Notes: generated by a model not told the origin, from the sequence alone. A stretch of DNA of 44,701 nt, filler included, from an uncultured bacterium (GCA_937863565.1; 3 parts of 3 records of this genome joined end to end with filler, not necessarily neighbours in it); one strand, 5' to 3'. Numbered from the whole stretch's first letter, positions 9,401 through 18,316 are shown. Made by a program: numbers and translations.

Positions 9401-12168
9401 TGCGCGAACCTGCCCGGAGGCGGGCTCATCTCTTTTCTTCCCAATGCGTAGAATGTATAACTGAATCTTGCCGGATTGAATAGACTTCCGTTCAGATATA
9501 TCTTCACCACCAACCGGTTATTTGCATAATCGATATATGTGCCGGCATCCGTCCAGTTCCTGCTCGTTCCCGTTCTTAATTTGATCCAATTGTATATCTT
9601 GAAGTCCGGGTCCGACGGATATATGTATTTCACTATGCTCTTCTTTCCGAAAGAGAGTTCCTTTATCTCTTCTTTTCCGTTCCCGCCGTATTCATAAGGG
9701 AACGGATTGAATTGAGCCCCTAAAATACTTCCCGATATCTTATATTCAAACCAGGTCCTTTCCGGGATACCCGGACGCCAATGATACGAAGGAAGCATCA
9801 TCTCTTCCGTTATCCAGTACACATTCGTCCTTATGCTCGCTCCGGCATAACCTCCGTCCGCCATTCTATAACTGCCGGGTACTATCTCCGCATATCCCAG
9901 GTCATATTCCGGAAATGTTCCGTTTATTCCGTTCGACTTCAATTCCGTTATCACCGGCGTATCCGAATATATATACGGGAATGTTATATCGGAGATCATC
10001 TCAAGCACATTCCCCGATATTATTTGATCTATCGCGCCTTCTTCACTGCAGGAATTTATGTATGAGTACTCTGTTCTAATCGGAAGATCTGTTATCTTTG
10101 ATTTATATACTGTGTCGTTCCCTGCCGGGTCAATTGCGATCAACATTATCCTTGCATTGTTAACTCCATATGCTAATACTTCAGAGGGAATATCAATAGT
10201 CTGAATGGCATTGCCTTCACAATGCATCCTTCTCGGATTTACTAGAATATTATCATTCGCATCTAAAAACCAAACGGAATTATATGTTGAATTATTCTGG
10301 TCGCCTATTTTATCTATGACAAGGTATGATATCTTATTTTCTTCTTCTTTTCGAAATACTGAATGAATCAACGGTGCAGAGTAATCAATATCCAATTTCA
10401 TTTTATATGTTTTGTTATTTTTCGTTGATGAAAGTAAATATATGCCGTAGGATAGCGGTAAATAATTTATTCTCCCCTTTGTTTCTAAATTCAATTCGGC
10501 TCTTCCGTCACCCCAATAAATCCCGTTTTCATCTTTATGGGAAGTTGATACTGTCATCTTTCCACAAGATTCGCTGGCACTATTAAATACAGTATACTCG
10601 CCATCAGGACAATTAACATAAGAAGTTCGGTGCGAGCGAGCGAATCCCAGAAGTGCGCCAAAAGCATTTACCCTTCCGTATCCGGTATATTTATCCCAAC
10701 CCAAAGAGGCATCCCCCTCTGTTAAATCATCTGCTGTTCTACTTAGAAGATTTTTAATTGTTTTTGCTGAATAACCGTAATGTATTTTCAAGAGTGCCGC
10801 AATTCCTGCTGCTAGCGATGTTGCGGCAGATGTTCCACCAAATGTTAAATAATACTCATCGGTACTTGCAAGATTAGTAACGTTACATGTAATAATACTG
10901 GGATCATCGAAATAATACACGGGAGTCATTACATCAAGGTCTCTTCCATAACATGAAGTGTCTTTTGGTAATGAGCTCTTTGCTCTTTTATCATCCTGTG
11001 TGCTTGCACCTACAACAAAGCATTTATCATATGTTGCAATTCCGGAGATCTCCCCTTCTCCGTTCCCAGCAGCAAAAATAAAGAGAGCTCCGCGATTCGT
11101 ACAGTAATCAATCATACTGGTTAAAACATCTGTTTTAGGAGCAGTATAACTATTGTTTAGAATTCTTGTGCCATTATCAACAGCCCATTGATAGGCATTG
11201 GCTATCTCCCAATCCTCTATAAAGTCATTTTCGCCTATTCTTATCGGCATTATTTTTACACTATGTTCTTTAGAATCCCATTTACCGGCAATACCAGCAA
11301 TACCCTTTCCATTATTCGTTATTGCTCCGATTATTCCAGCGCAATATGTCCCATGCGGATTAATATATGGTGGAGGGGGAGTGGGACCAACCTTGCCATT
11401 AGAATCATCCCATGGTTGTGGCGAATCATCATTTTCACGGAAGTCATATCCTGGCACAAGAATGCCTTGAAATTCATCGTGATTTAATGCAACACCTGAG
11501 TCAACCACAGCAACTATCACATCATTAACCCATTCGCATATATCCCACGCCTTTTGTAAATTAATCATATCCATATACCAAGTTTGACGCTTTTTAACAG
11601 GCAAGGACAGATTATTGTAATATGGATCATTTGGTATGGAGCAACTCTTTATTTCCACAAGAAAAACGGGAGATGCTATTTCTACATTCTCTTTCTCATA
11701 TATGGTATTTGCAATATTTAAAGTATCTCCCTCCAATATTCGATATCGATATATTCCATTTTCATTTAAACCGGTTATTTCTAATTTGTATTTATTTTTA
11801 ACTCTTGTGATAATTTTATCATTGTTTTTATCGTTTGTAAATTTAATATAGATATCCTTTAACGCGATCATTTTATATCCATTGGAATAATAAACTGGAT
11901 ATATTTCATATTCATCCTGAGATAACTGTGTTTTGATTATAGATAGTTCATTTGTTTTGATGATTTTTATCCGATATTTGCTGTCATAAAATCCCTCTAT
12001 ATTTTTAATTTTTTCTAAATTTATTTCCTTGGTTTTTATTACTATTTCATTAGAACTTTTTTCAAGAGGTATTCTTTCATTATTGCACCAGTAGTATAGA
12101 TTTTCCGAAAGAACCCTCCCGCCGCAAAAAAGTAAAAGGATTCCAAAAAGAATTCTAAAGGATTTCAT
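6403..12168 (-). CDS. Large secreted S8 (subtilisin-like) protease with FlgD/Ig, Asp-box beta-propeller and T9SS-type C-terminal domain
   Basis: Catalytic triad motifs VAVVDSGV, HGTYCAGII and FGGTSAA; oxyanion FAAGNG; SxDG repeats YSSDGKNW/VSEDGVNF/ASEDGYYF; C-terminus IKAYPNP...IRIYDLSG...SSGVYFY...KTGKIAVLK. Confidence 0.88.
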   Translation of the reverse strand: MKSFRILFGILLLFCGGRVLSENLYYWCNNERIPLEKSSNEIVIKTKEINLEKIKNIEGFYDSKYRIKIIKTNELSIIKTQLSQDEYEIYPVYYSNGYKMIALKDIYIKFTNDKNNDKIITRVKNKYKLEITGLNENGIYRYRILEGDTLNIANTIYEKENVEIASPVFLVEIKSCSIPNDPYYNNLSLPVKKRQTWYMDMINLQKAWDICEWVNDVIVAVVDSGVALNHDEFQGILVPGYDFRENDDSPQPWDDSNGKVGPTPPPPYINPHGTYCAGIIGAITNNGKGIAGIAGKWDSKEHSVKIMPIRIGENDFIEDWEIANAYQWAVDNGTRILNNSYTAPKTDVLTSMIDYCTNRGALFIFAAGNGEGEISGIATYDKCFVVGASTQDDKRAKSSLPKDTSCYGRDLDVMTPVYYFDDPSIITCNVTNLASTDEYYLTFGGTSAATSLAAGIAALLKIHYGYSAKTIKNLLSRTADDLTEGDASLGWDKYTGYGRVNAFGALLGFARSHRTSYVNCPDGEYTVFNSASESCGKMTVSTSHKDENGIYWGDGRAELNLETKGRINYLPLSYGIYLLSSTKNNKTYKMKLDIDYSAPLIHSVFRKEEENKISYLVIDKIGDQNNSTYNSVWFLDANDNILVNPRRMHCEGNAIQTIDIPSEVLAYGVNNARIMLIAIDPAGNDTVYKSKITDLPIRTEYSYINSCSEEGAIDQIISGNVLEMISDITFPYIYSDTPVITELKSNGINGTFPEYDLGYAEIVPGSYRMADGGYAGASIRTNVYWITEEMMLPSYHWRPGIPERTWFEYKISGSILGAQFNPFPYEYGGNGKEEIKELSFGKKSIVKYIYPSDPDFKIYNWIKLRTGTSRNWTDAGTYIDYANNRLVVKIYLNGSLFNPARFSYTFYALGRKEMSPPPGRFAQISSFTVQPGLKDHLCDEYGNLEVFYDYTGSERSYKTTVGIYDISGALVENIVEDRMENQGPHTLLYGFYTLNTAYDTDGDGKLDPGKYKVRLNINSLQGTPLVADERNLVIKSGEYFLPGDRTVDTGIRVDIGGTYSKGSIDQVDSPFILKLRNGTYRLYYEAGTDGSGYQGWYRRIMTGYSSDGKNWTLEGEVTGLDTDILIEYPDHRYPSAVELPDGSIRLYYSVWGIMTPQAGEINGWIVSAVSEDGVNFTRESGKRIDFGGAYDADRADGGKIYFDAAYGLYFIVYTGLNYDPPTVDGSAHINILWAASEDGYYFNKIETPLIGQGCYFDNWAVYQPAYHKGELYYTGRRQTGALFSGEYLFKALEAGDIFEKDREVKLKDTAGTEPFIGGLYGYAPYLLEISGRDILYFAGYDGEHKRIYSGGFDETVLAAITEKRTEGTQKNAVIPGDPGTDALTAEGGDFITGVLPAGSTFQYVYPDIDIYVNGDIGADEAESALTGVRTAEHKTAYTGTIRIRSEGRAGNGYARIEKMILEMDGIKLSETAGDVLEYILDTGVYPDGEHRIRGIGTDGNGFSGIKETVCSFGTADAEPGTGTGSGTDYSYILDISPDDGSTDNDTDNGNGGEDGEEDTAPRIPDVLYGFNKPGSAEAGYFEGAFSILVADRNAGDQSGNDAVKVFDVSGNLRMTLGSIDKPERICLSPEGGLYALRNDGNGILRYDGEKGIFVPFIGIKNPEEMKWNKRNDTLCVLKGNTVSEYGKEGKKTGETVFSGMLNSFAIDEGSGMIAGNIAGTGVFEDGGGNDIFLSAGSAYSKEMSDFVISGSMITGIDISGSVILTVRIPEAPGAGAEESAYDNIMNGACDISAFRYGYETVFAVTDRNADRVVFLTSNGSAPDGGEYRDDDTEASPEEGEKIKAYPNPAKDSIVFAELPEGGEIRIYDLSGNAVKTIAIEGYTAVWELRNTAGLDISSGVYFYTVLKDGKPLKTGKIAVLK

Positions 12169-12186
12169 ATATACTCTCCTGTGAAA

Positions 12187-12948
12187 TTATAGATTAAAGA
12201 TCAGTCCGAGTGTAATCCGGTCATAATAATTTTTCCAGCCTTTGGATATTGAGTATGTATATGTAAATGTTTCATAATCACACGATTCTCCTTGTATAGG
12301 AATATCAAATGATCTTAACTCGTCATAAAAATAAAGCCATCTTCTTTTTATCCCGATATTTCCTGATAAATATTTATTTATCCGCACAATGAAGTCGAAA
12401 CCGATCTTTATTCCGTAGATCGTTTTGTTACTGTTGATATCGCGGAATACCGAAGCTGGATCACACTCATTAAAATCATTACTCCCTATTATAAAGAATT
12501 GAACATTATGCATTTCATAAGAGCCCGAAAGCCAGATACCGATCCTTTGAGACCCAAACATCTTGTACTGAATTTCTGAGGAAAGTGAAAAAACAACTGC
12601 TTGATGCATACCCAACCATTGAATAGACCACCCATAGCAGGGAATGTTCTTTATATATGATGAATAATCTAATGATATTTTAAAAAGTAATTTTTCGTTT
12701 ATTGATTCTATTAAATAGAGGGTATTAAGTAGGGGAGTTTGGTTTTTCCATTCGGAATCATAATATTCGTGTGATAATATCATTTTCGGGAAAAAGATAT
12801 CCCGTCCGAGAAGAAACACATCATCAAAACTATATCCGAAACCCAAACTGATATTTTCCGATTGTATGCTGATCTTTAAAAAACATAATAGTATTATGGC
12901 AATAATAATCCTCCTCCAGGTATATGGGGAATGTTTTATATTTTCCAT
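12187..12948 (-). CDS. Hypothetical exported protein, possible outer-membrane beta-barrel
   Basis: 253-aa ORF; hydrophobic N-terminal signal; alternating aromatic/Gly beta-strand pattern; ends ITLGLIFNL. Confidence 0.55.
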   Translation of the reverse strand: MENIKHSPYTWRRIIIAIILLCFLKISIQSENISLGFGYSFDDVFLLGRDIFFPKMILSHEYYDSEWKNQTPLLNTLYLIESINEKLLFKISLDYSSYIKNIPCYGWSIQWLGMHQAVVFSLSSEIQYKMFGSQRIGIWLSGSYEMHNVQFFIIGSNDFNECDPASVFRDINSNKTIYGIKIGFDFIVRINKYLSGNIGIKRRWLYFYDELRSFDIPIQGESCDYETFTYTYSISKGWKNYYDRITLGLIFNL

Positions 12949-13562
12949 AAAAGTCCCCCTCTTAAACCGGGTGTCCGTGATTTTTTTGAGCCGAATACGG
13001 AGAAATATATCCCTATTCTTTTAGTTAACTGAACTGTCATATTTATTCCGCCTGAATATAATAAAGCATTTTGAATTGGAGGATTACATAGATATAAATA
13101 ACACTTTTCTTTTTCATTCGAAATGTACTCAGGAATAAGCCGTTGAGTATAAAAAAGGCTCTCAAGCCTCCAAAAGATGCCAATATCGAAGATACTGTGA
13201 TCTATCACATTGATTAAAAGTTGGGAATATACGGTCAAGAGATCTAATTCCATCGTATAATCGGGATGATCGGCCGGAAATATCTGATATTCATAGTATT
13301 CGAGGCCAAGCGAGAGAAATATCCTTCTGCTTATTCGTTTTTGAGCACAGATGTTATTAATTAATGGTGATAAGTTTTTAAAATCATCATTCTGTTCTAT
13401 ACCGAAATATAAATAATGCAGGCCATTCGTGTTGTCCATAGCCTTTATGTAGTTTATATTGCCAATGCCGATATTGAGAGTGTCCTTGTCGGTCCTACAG
13501 AAGGTGACTATTGGTAAAATCATTAAAAGTATTACAGTACCCCGAAGCCTCTGACTTAACAT
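12936..13562 (-). CDS. Hypothetical exported protein, possible beta-barrel
   Basis: 208-aa ORF with AAGGAGG RBS, signal-like N-terminus and beta-strand pattern; overlaps the next gene. Confidence 0.55.
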   Translation of the reverse strand: MLSQRLRGTVILLMILPIVTFCRTDKDTLNIGIGNINYIKAMDNTNGLHYLYFGIEQNDDFKNLSPLINNICAQKRISRRIFLSLGLEYYEYQIFPADHPDYTMELDLLTVYSQLLINVIDHSIFDIGIFWRLESLFYTQRLIPEYISNEKEKCYLYLCNPPIQNALLYSGGINMTVQLTKRIGIYFSVFGSKKSRTPGLRGGLLWKI

Positions 13563-13580
13563 AACGCCTCCTTTATTATT

Positions 13581-13609
13581 ATTCTAAGGAGATTCAGGCG
13601 ATTTGTCAA
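13581..13609 (-). promoter_or_regulatory. Near-consensus sigma70 promoter driving the AT-rich cassette
   Basis: TTGACA-N17-TAGAAT, followed by AAGGAGG and the ATG at 13562. Confidence 0.75.
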
Positions 13610-13616
13610 GGGTTTT

Positions 13617-13701
13617 TTGAAATAATATCCGTCCTCCGAATACCCCGTCATGATCCGCCTGTACCAGCCCTGATATCCGCTCCCGTCCGTGCCCGCCTCA
13701 T
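13617..13701 (-). repeat. Second, internally deleted copy of the S8 gene's propeller region (paralog end or pseudogene fragment)
   Basis: 13647-13701 is identical to 8864-8918 (55 bp); 13617-13639 matches 8441-8463 at 22/23; translates EAGTDGSGYQGWYRRIMTGYSEDGYYFK. Confidence 0.85.
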
Positions 13702-13801
13702 NNNNNNNNNNNNNNNNNNNNNNNNNNNNNNNNNNNNNNNNNNNNTTAATTAATTAANNNNNNNNNNNNNNNNNNNNNNNNNNNNNNNNNNNNNNNNNNN
13801 N
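13702..13801. other. Artificial contig-joining spacer
   Basis: 100-nt N run with TTAATTAATTAA (stops in all six frames) at 13746-13757. Confidence 0.97.
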
Positions 13802-14445
13802 ACAGGGACCAGAACGGAAGTTTCAAGACCATAGAAGAGATAAAGAACGTACCGAGAATCGGGGAGAAGACCTTTCAGAACATCAAAGACATGATCACGG
13901 TAGGGGGAGCAGCTCCGGCCGCAAAACCTGTAAGTTCACCCGCGCCGGTTCCGGCCGCGGATGAAGAAAATGGGAGGATAAACATCAATACGGCCTCGCA
14001 ATCGGAACTCGAGACGCTGCCGAGGATAGGCCCCGCCATCGCGAAGAATATAATCGATTACAGGGACCAGAACGGAAGTTTCAAGACCATAGAAGAGATA
14101 AAGAACGTACCGAGGATAGGGGAGAAGACCTTTCAGAACTTGAAGGAGTTGATCACGGTAGGAGGCAATAAGACCTTTACCGCAGCGGGAAATCCCGCCG
14201 CACCTGCAGCGACGGCGCCCTTGCCTCAAGAACACTCGGATAGAATAAACATCAATACCGCCTCGCAATCGGAACTTGAAACACTGCCCAGGATCGGCCC
14301 GACGATCGCCAGGAATATTATTGAATACAGAGAAAAGAACGGCCCGTTTAAGGATATTTCGGAAATAAAGAATGTCTCCCGGATCGGGGAAAAGACATTT
14401 CAAAATATTAAAGATCTTATCACCGTCAGCGGATCTTCCGAATGA
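13802..14445 (+). CDS. comEA: ComEA-family DNA-binding protein with at least 3 tandem helix-hairpin-helix domains (5' truncated)
   Basis: Two full RININTASQSELETLPRIGP..A..II.YR..NG.FK...EIKNV.RIGEKTFQ domains plus a partial in-frame copy open to the gap; Ala/Pro-rich linkers. Confidence 0.88.
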
Positions 14446-14479
14446 ACTAGAGGGCCCGGTTTGACAATTCGGAGCATTT

Positions 14480-15490
14480 ATGAAGGAATTCGAACAGTAT
14501 AGAACGAACTCGCTTGAGAGGATCGAGAAGATCAAAGACCCGAAGGAACTGGAGCAATTGAAGAATGAAGTCCTGAGCCGTAAAGGCAGGCTCGCGTCTT
14601 TCATGACGCTTCTTCCGGGTCTGCCCCCCGAAGAGAAAAGGTCTTTGGGCGCTGCATTGAACAGCTTCAAAGAGGAGTTTACCGAGAAGCTCAACGCAAA
14701 AGCAGAAAGTCTGAACGGAGTTTCCGCATATAAACCGTCATCCGTTGACATCACTATGGAAGGCTTCCCTTTTTCTTCCGGCAGAAGACATCTCATCAAC
14801 GTGACCTACGACAAAATTCTCGGGATATTCCGCGCGATAGGGTTCTCGATAGTGGAAGGCCCCGAGGTCGAGGACGATCATAATAATTTCGAAGGCCTGA
14901 ATTTTCCTCCGGACCATCCCGCCAGGGATACACAGGATTCTTTTTTTCTTGATAACGGACTGTTGCTTCGAACGCATACGTCTCCCGTTCAGGTCCGCGT
15001 CCTGGAGAGCTCGAAACCTCCTATTGCAGTGGTCTCACCGGGAAAGTGCTACAGAAGGGACCCTCTGGACGCATCGCATTCCTTCATGTTCAATCAGACG
15101 GAGGGTTTCCTTGTTGACGAGAATATCGGCGTTGCCGATCTGAAGGGAACGATCGATATCTTCATCGGGGAGATGTTCGGAAAAGGCATAAGGTCCCGTT
15201 TCCGGCCGCACTTCTTTCCTTTTACGGAGCCCAGCATGGAAGTCGACATGGAATGCATCTTCTGCAAAGGCAAGGGCTGCGGCGTATGTAAACAATCCGG
15301 CTGGATCGAGATAATGGGCGCCGGCATCATACATCCGTCAGTCCTGGAAAGCGCAGGACATGACTATAAGAAATACTCCGGGTTCGCTTTCGGAATGGGC
15401 GTTGAAAGAATAGCGATGCTGAAATACCGCGTTGGCGATATGCGCATCTTCTTCGAGAACGATCTCGAATTCTTAAGGCAGTTCAGGTGA
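14480..15490 (+). CDS. pheS: Phenylalanine-tRNA ligase alpha subunit
   Basis: HPARDTQDSF, LLRTHTSPVQ, FPFTEPS and GFAFGMGVERIAM motifs. Confidence 0.98.
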   Translation: MKEFEQYRTNSLERIEKIKDPKELEQLKNEVLSRKGRLASFMTLLPGLPPEEKRSLGAALNSFKEEFTEKLNAKAESLNGVSAYKPSSVDITMEGFPFSSGRRHLINVTYDKILGIFRAIGFSIVEGPEVEDDHNNFEGLNFPPDHPARDTQDSFFLDNGLLLRTHTSPVQVRVLESSKPPIAVVSPGKCYRRDPLDASHSFMFNQTEGFLVDENIGVADLKGTIDIFIGEMFGKGIRSRFRPHFFPFTEPSMEVDMECIFCKGKGCGVCKQSGWIEIMGAGIIHPSVLESAGHDYKKYSGFAFGMGVERIAMLKYRVGDMRIFFENDLEFLRQFR

Positions 15491-15494
15491 TCGC

Positions 15495-17840
15495 ATGAAA
15501 TACAGCATGAACTGGCTTAAGAGATACATAGAGTTCGACACCCCGCATACGGAGCTTTTCGAAAGACTTTCGATGACCGGTTCCGAAGTGGAAGGGTTCA
15601 AGGAAAAATTCGAGGATATGGAGAACGTCGTTATCGGAAAGATCCTGAAGATCGAAGCCGTTCCCGATTCCGATAAGATAAGATACTGTTCTGTCACGGA
15701 CGGGAAAGAAGAATACAATGTCGTCTGCGGCGCTCCTAATATCAAGGAAGGGGATGTCGTGCCGTTCGCTTTGACAGGCGCCCGGCTTCCCGGCGGCATG
15801 AAGATCAAGAAAACGAAGATCAGAGGATTGGAATCGCAGGGAATGATGTGCTCGAAAAAAGAGCTCGGCATGGGAGCGGATCATACGGGGATCTTCATTC
15901 TTGACGAGAAGTACGCATTGGGTTCTGATTTCAAGGGCTATTTCAACGACATCGTCTTCGAGATAGAGGTCACGCCGAATAGACCGGACCTGCTTTCACA
16001 TTACGGACTGGCCAGAGAAGTGGGAGCCCTGGTCAGGAAGAAACCGAATCCCGTCCCCCGCGATGAGGAGATCCGGGGAAAATACGAATCGCCGGTCAAG
16101 GTAGAGGTCCGCGCTCCCGAAGCCTGCACGAGATATGCCCTGCTATACGTGAAGAACGTTCAGAACAGTCCCAGTCCTCCCGAGATCAGGGAAGCGCTCG
16201 AGAGCATGGGCATGACTTCAAAGGACCTTCTTGTGGATATTTCGAACTTCAATCTTTTTGAAGGCGGGCATCCCACTCACTTTTTCGACGCGGACAGGAT
16301 CGCGGGAAAGATCATTATCCGCTTCGCGGCGGAGAATGAAAAATGCGTGACAATAGACAAAGAGGAAAGAACGCTGACCGTTTCGGACCTTGTGATCGCA
16401 GATGAAGAGAAGGTCCTTGCAATCGCCGGCGTGATCGGATGCCTGGGGAGTGAAGTGACCGAGAATACCGTCAATATTGCCATAGAGAGCGCCGTGTTCA
16501 CGCCTTCGTTCATTAGAAGGACAAAGCAGAGGCTCGGCATCGATTCTGACGCCGCATACAGGTTCGAACGCGGCGTGGACCCGGAAGCCCCCCTTGCTTC
16601 CTTAGGCAGGATCGTATATCTTTTAAAGCAATATACGAAATTCGAATCTCTGGGGAATATCGTTGACACGCTAAGGTCGGCCTACTCTCATCCGGGCATC
16701 ATTGTAAAGAATGAAACACTGGAGAGGATCCTTTCCGTAAAACTTGAACCGGAAAGGATCTGCGAGATCCTTTCCTATCTTTCATTCAAATGCGAAAAAC
16801 TCATAAACGGCGATTTCAGGATAGGGGTCCCGTCCTTCCGGGCGGCTGATATGAAGCACGAATATGATGTCATAGAGGAAGTGGGCAGGATCTACGGCTA
16901 TGCGCAGGTGGAGCCGAAAAGGCCGTATATCAGAAGCCCCGCAGGACTGAACCCGTATTTTTCCTTCAAGGAGAAAGTGCGTAATCATTTCGTATCAAGA
17001 GGGTATCTTGAAACGCTGAACATATCCATATGCGACGAGGATGCTTTCAAAGCCTATGGTTATACCGGGGATTTCACTAAAGTCGTCAATCCGTTGAACC
17101 AGAACCTTGCCGTGCTTGCTCCTTCGCTTTTTCCGAGGCTTATCGGCGTCCTTGTTAAAAATATGAAATACAACCCTTCTTCGCTTAAACTCTTCGAGAT
17201 CGGGAATGTTTTCGGAGGAAAAAGCGAGACCGAGGTCGTCTCTCTCGTCCTGTATGGAAATTACTTCGATGAGAACTGGGCTTCCCGTAAAAAGACCCTT
17301 GAATGTGATCTTTTCACGCTTAAGGGAGAGATAGCCGCCTTTTTCGATCTTACCGGGAATACGGCGGAATTCGGGGAATGCTCAGAACCTTTCTATACAG
17401 CCGGATCGGCTTGTTCTGTTCTTCTCAACGGGGAGAAGATCGGACATTTCGGCATCATCGAGAAGAGCCGGATCGGTTCGAAGAGGGTACCGAGATCCGT
17501 TGCTGCGGCAGAATTCTCATTGAAGCCTCTTTTCAAATGCGAGGATGATGTTTATACGGGCTATTCGGTATTCCAGAAGGCCTCAAGAGACATCACGATG
17601 GTCTTCCCCGCCGGCGTTGTTTCGGGGGATATCATGAAAACATTGAAAGCCTCTGCGGGCCGTGATCTGAAGTCGGCGGTCCTTTTCGACATCTTCGAGA
17701 TACCAAAGGGAGGAACGGCGCTGACTTTCCGCATGACGTTCCAATCCTCTAAAAAGACATTGAGTGACAGCGACATCGACAGTGCCGTGGGCGCGGTCAT
17801 CAAGAAACTGAAGGAACGGTTCAATGCCGAGCTCAGATAA
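15495..17840 (+). CDS. pheT: Phenylalanine-tRNA ligase beta subunit
   Basis: VVCGAPN, SQGMMCS..ELG, TPNRPDLLS, RFERGVD and DVIEEVGRIYGY motifs; ends AELR. Confidence 0.98.
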   Translation: MKYSMNWLKRYIEFDTPHTELFERLSMTGSEVEGFKEKFEDMENVVIGKILKIEAVPDSDKIRYCSVTDGKEEYNVVCGAPNIKEGDVVPFALTGARLPGGMKIKKTKIRGLESQGMMCSKKELGMGADHTGIFILDEKYALGSDFKGYFNDIVFEIEVTPNRPDLLSHYGLAREVGALVRKKPNPVPRDEEIRGKYESPVKVEVRAPEACTRYALLYVKNVQNSPSPPEIREALESMGMTSKDLLVDISNFNLFEGGHPTHFFDADRIAGKIIIRFAAENEKCVTIDKEERTLTVSDLVIADEEKVLAIAGVIGCLGSEVTENTVNIAIESAVFTPSFIRRTKQRLGIDSDAAYRFERGVDPEAPLASLGRIVYLLKQYTKFESLGNIVDTLRSAYSHPGIIVKNETLERILSVKLEPERICEILSYLSFKCEKLINGDFRIGVPSFRAADMKHEYDVIEEVGRIYGYAQVEPKRPYIRSPAGLNPYFSFKEKVRNHFVSRGYLETLNISICDEDAFKAYGYTGDFTKVVNPLNQNLAVLAPSLFPRLIGVLVKNMKYNPSSLKLFEIGNVFGGKSETEVVSLVLYGNYFDENWASRKKTLECDLFTLKGEIAAFFDLTGNTAEFGECSEPFYTAGSACSVLLNGEKIGHFGIIEKSRIGSKRVPRSVAAAEFSLKPLFKCEDDVYTGYSVFQKASRDITMVFPAGVVSGDIMKTLKASAGRDLKSAVLFDIFEIPKGGTALTFRMTFQSSKKTLSDSDIDSAVGAVIKKLKERFNAELR

Positions 17841-18036
17841 ATCCGGCCTTGACATCGCTTTAGGGGAAATGATCAAGAACATCTATAAGATGTTCAAGAA
17901 ATACGACAGGTTGAAGGGAAGATATTTAACTCTTAAAAAAGAGCTTGCCGAGATAAAAAATGACCTCCTCGAAATAAGAGCGGAGTTGACGGAACTGAGG
18001 AAGAAAGATGAAGAAACAGATACACCTGGGCGGTGA
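17824..18036 (+). CDS. Small coiled-coil protein (ZapB-like by position)
   Basis: Heptad-rich LKKELAEIKNDLLEIRAELTELR; overlaps both pheT and the zapA-like gene. Confidence 0.5.
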   Translation: MPSSDKSGLDIALGEMIKNIYKMFKKYDRLKGRYLTLKKELAEIKNDLLEIRAELTELRKKDEETDTPGR

Positions 18037-18316
18037 GAGCCTTGTTCTGACAGGCGACGACAAGGAGAAACTCGAGTCCCTGCAGGCATTCCTCGATGAA
18101 CTCATGACGAAGACCGGAAAAGAGACAAAAACTGCCGATACGAAGAAAAATCTTAGCTACGCCCTTATATCGCTTGTCATTGAGCTGTGGGACGAACTTA
18201 AGCAGAAGTACCGCTTTGCCGATAATACGCCCACTGTGCTGGAGAAGATCGAACTTCTCAACGATAAAATAATCGAAAAACTGAAGGATGACGATGAAAG
18301 TATGGATCAACGCTAA
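18008..18316 (+). CDS. zapA: Cell division protein ZapA-like
   Basis: N-terminal beta hairpin then helices (I.LGG....L..DDKEKL......LDE.M; AL.....L.DEL); conserved position after pheT. Confidence 0.6.
   Translation: MKKQIHLGGESLVLTGDDKEKLESLQAFLDELMTKTGKETKTADTKKNLSYALISLVIELWDELKQKYRFADNTPTVLEKIELLNDKIIEKLKDDDESMDQR

Noticed and set aside
13617..13701. Diversity-generating retroelement TR/VR pair with 8845-8918
   Set aside because: The core is identical, the few differences are mostly synonymous or explained by a blade-skipping join rather than adenine-specific mutagenesis, and no reverse transcriptase is present.
13746..13757. TTAATTAATTAA palindrome (also at 36370-36381) as a biological site
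   Set aside because: It sits in the middle of identical 100-nt N spacers and is an artificial six-frame stop linker.
13562..14445. Functional linkage between the protease cassette and comEA (or between cysS and the tRNA repeat)
   Set aside because: The pairs lie on different contigs joined artificially.
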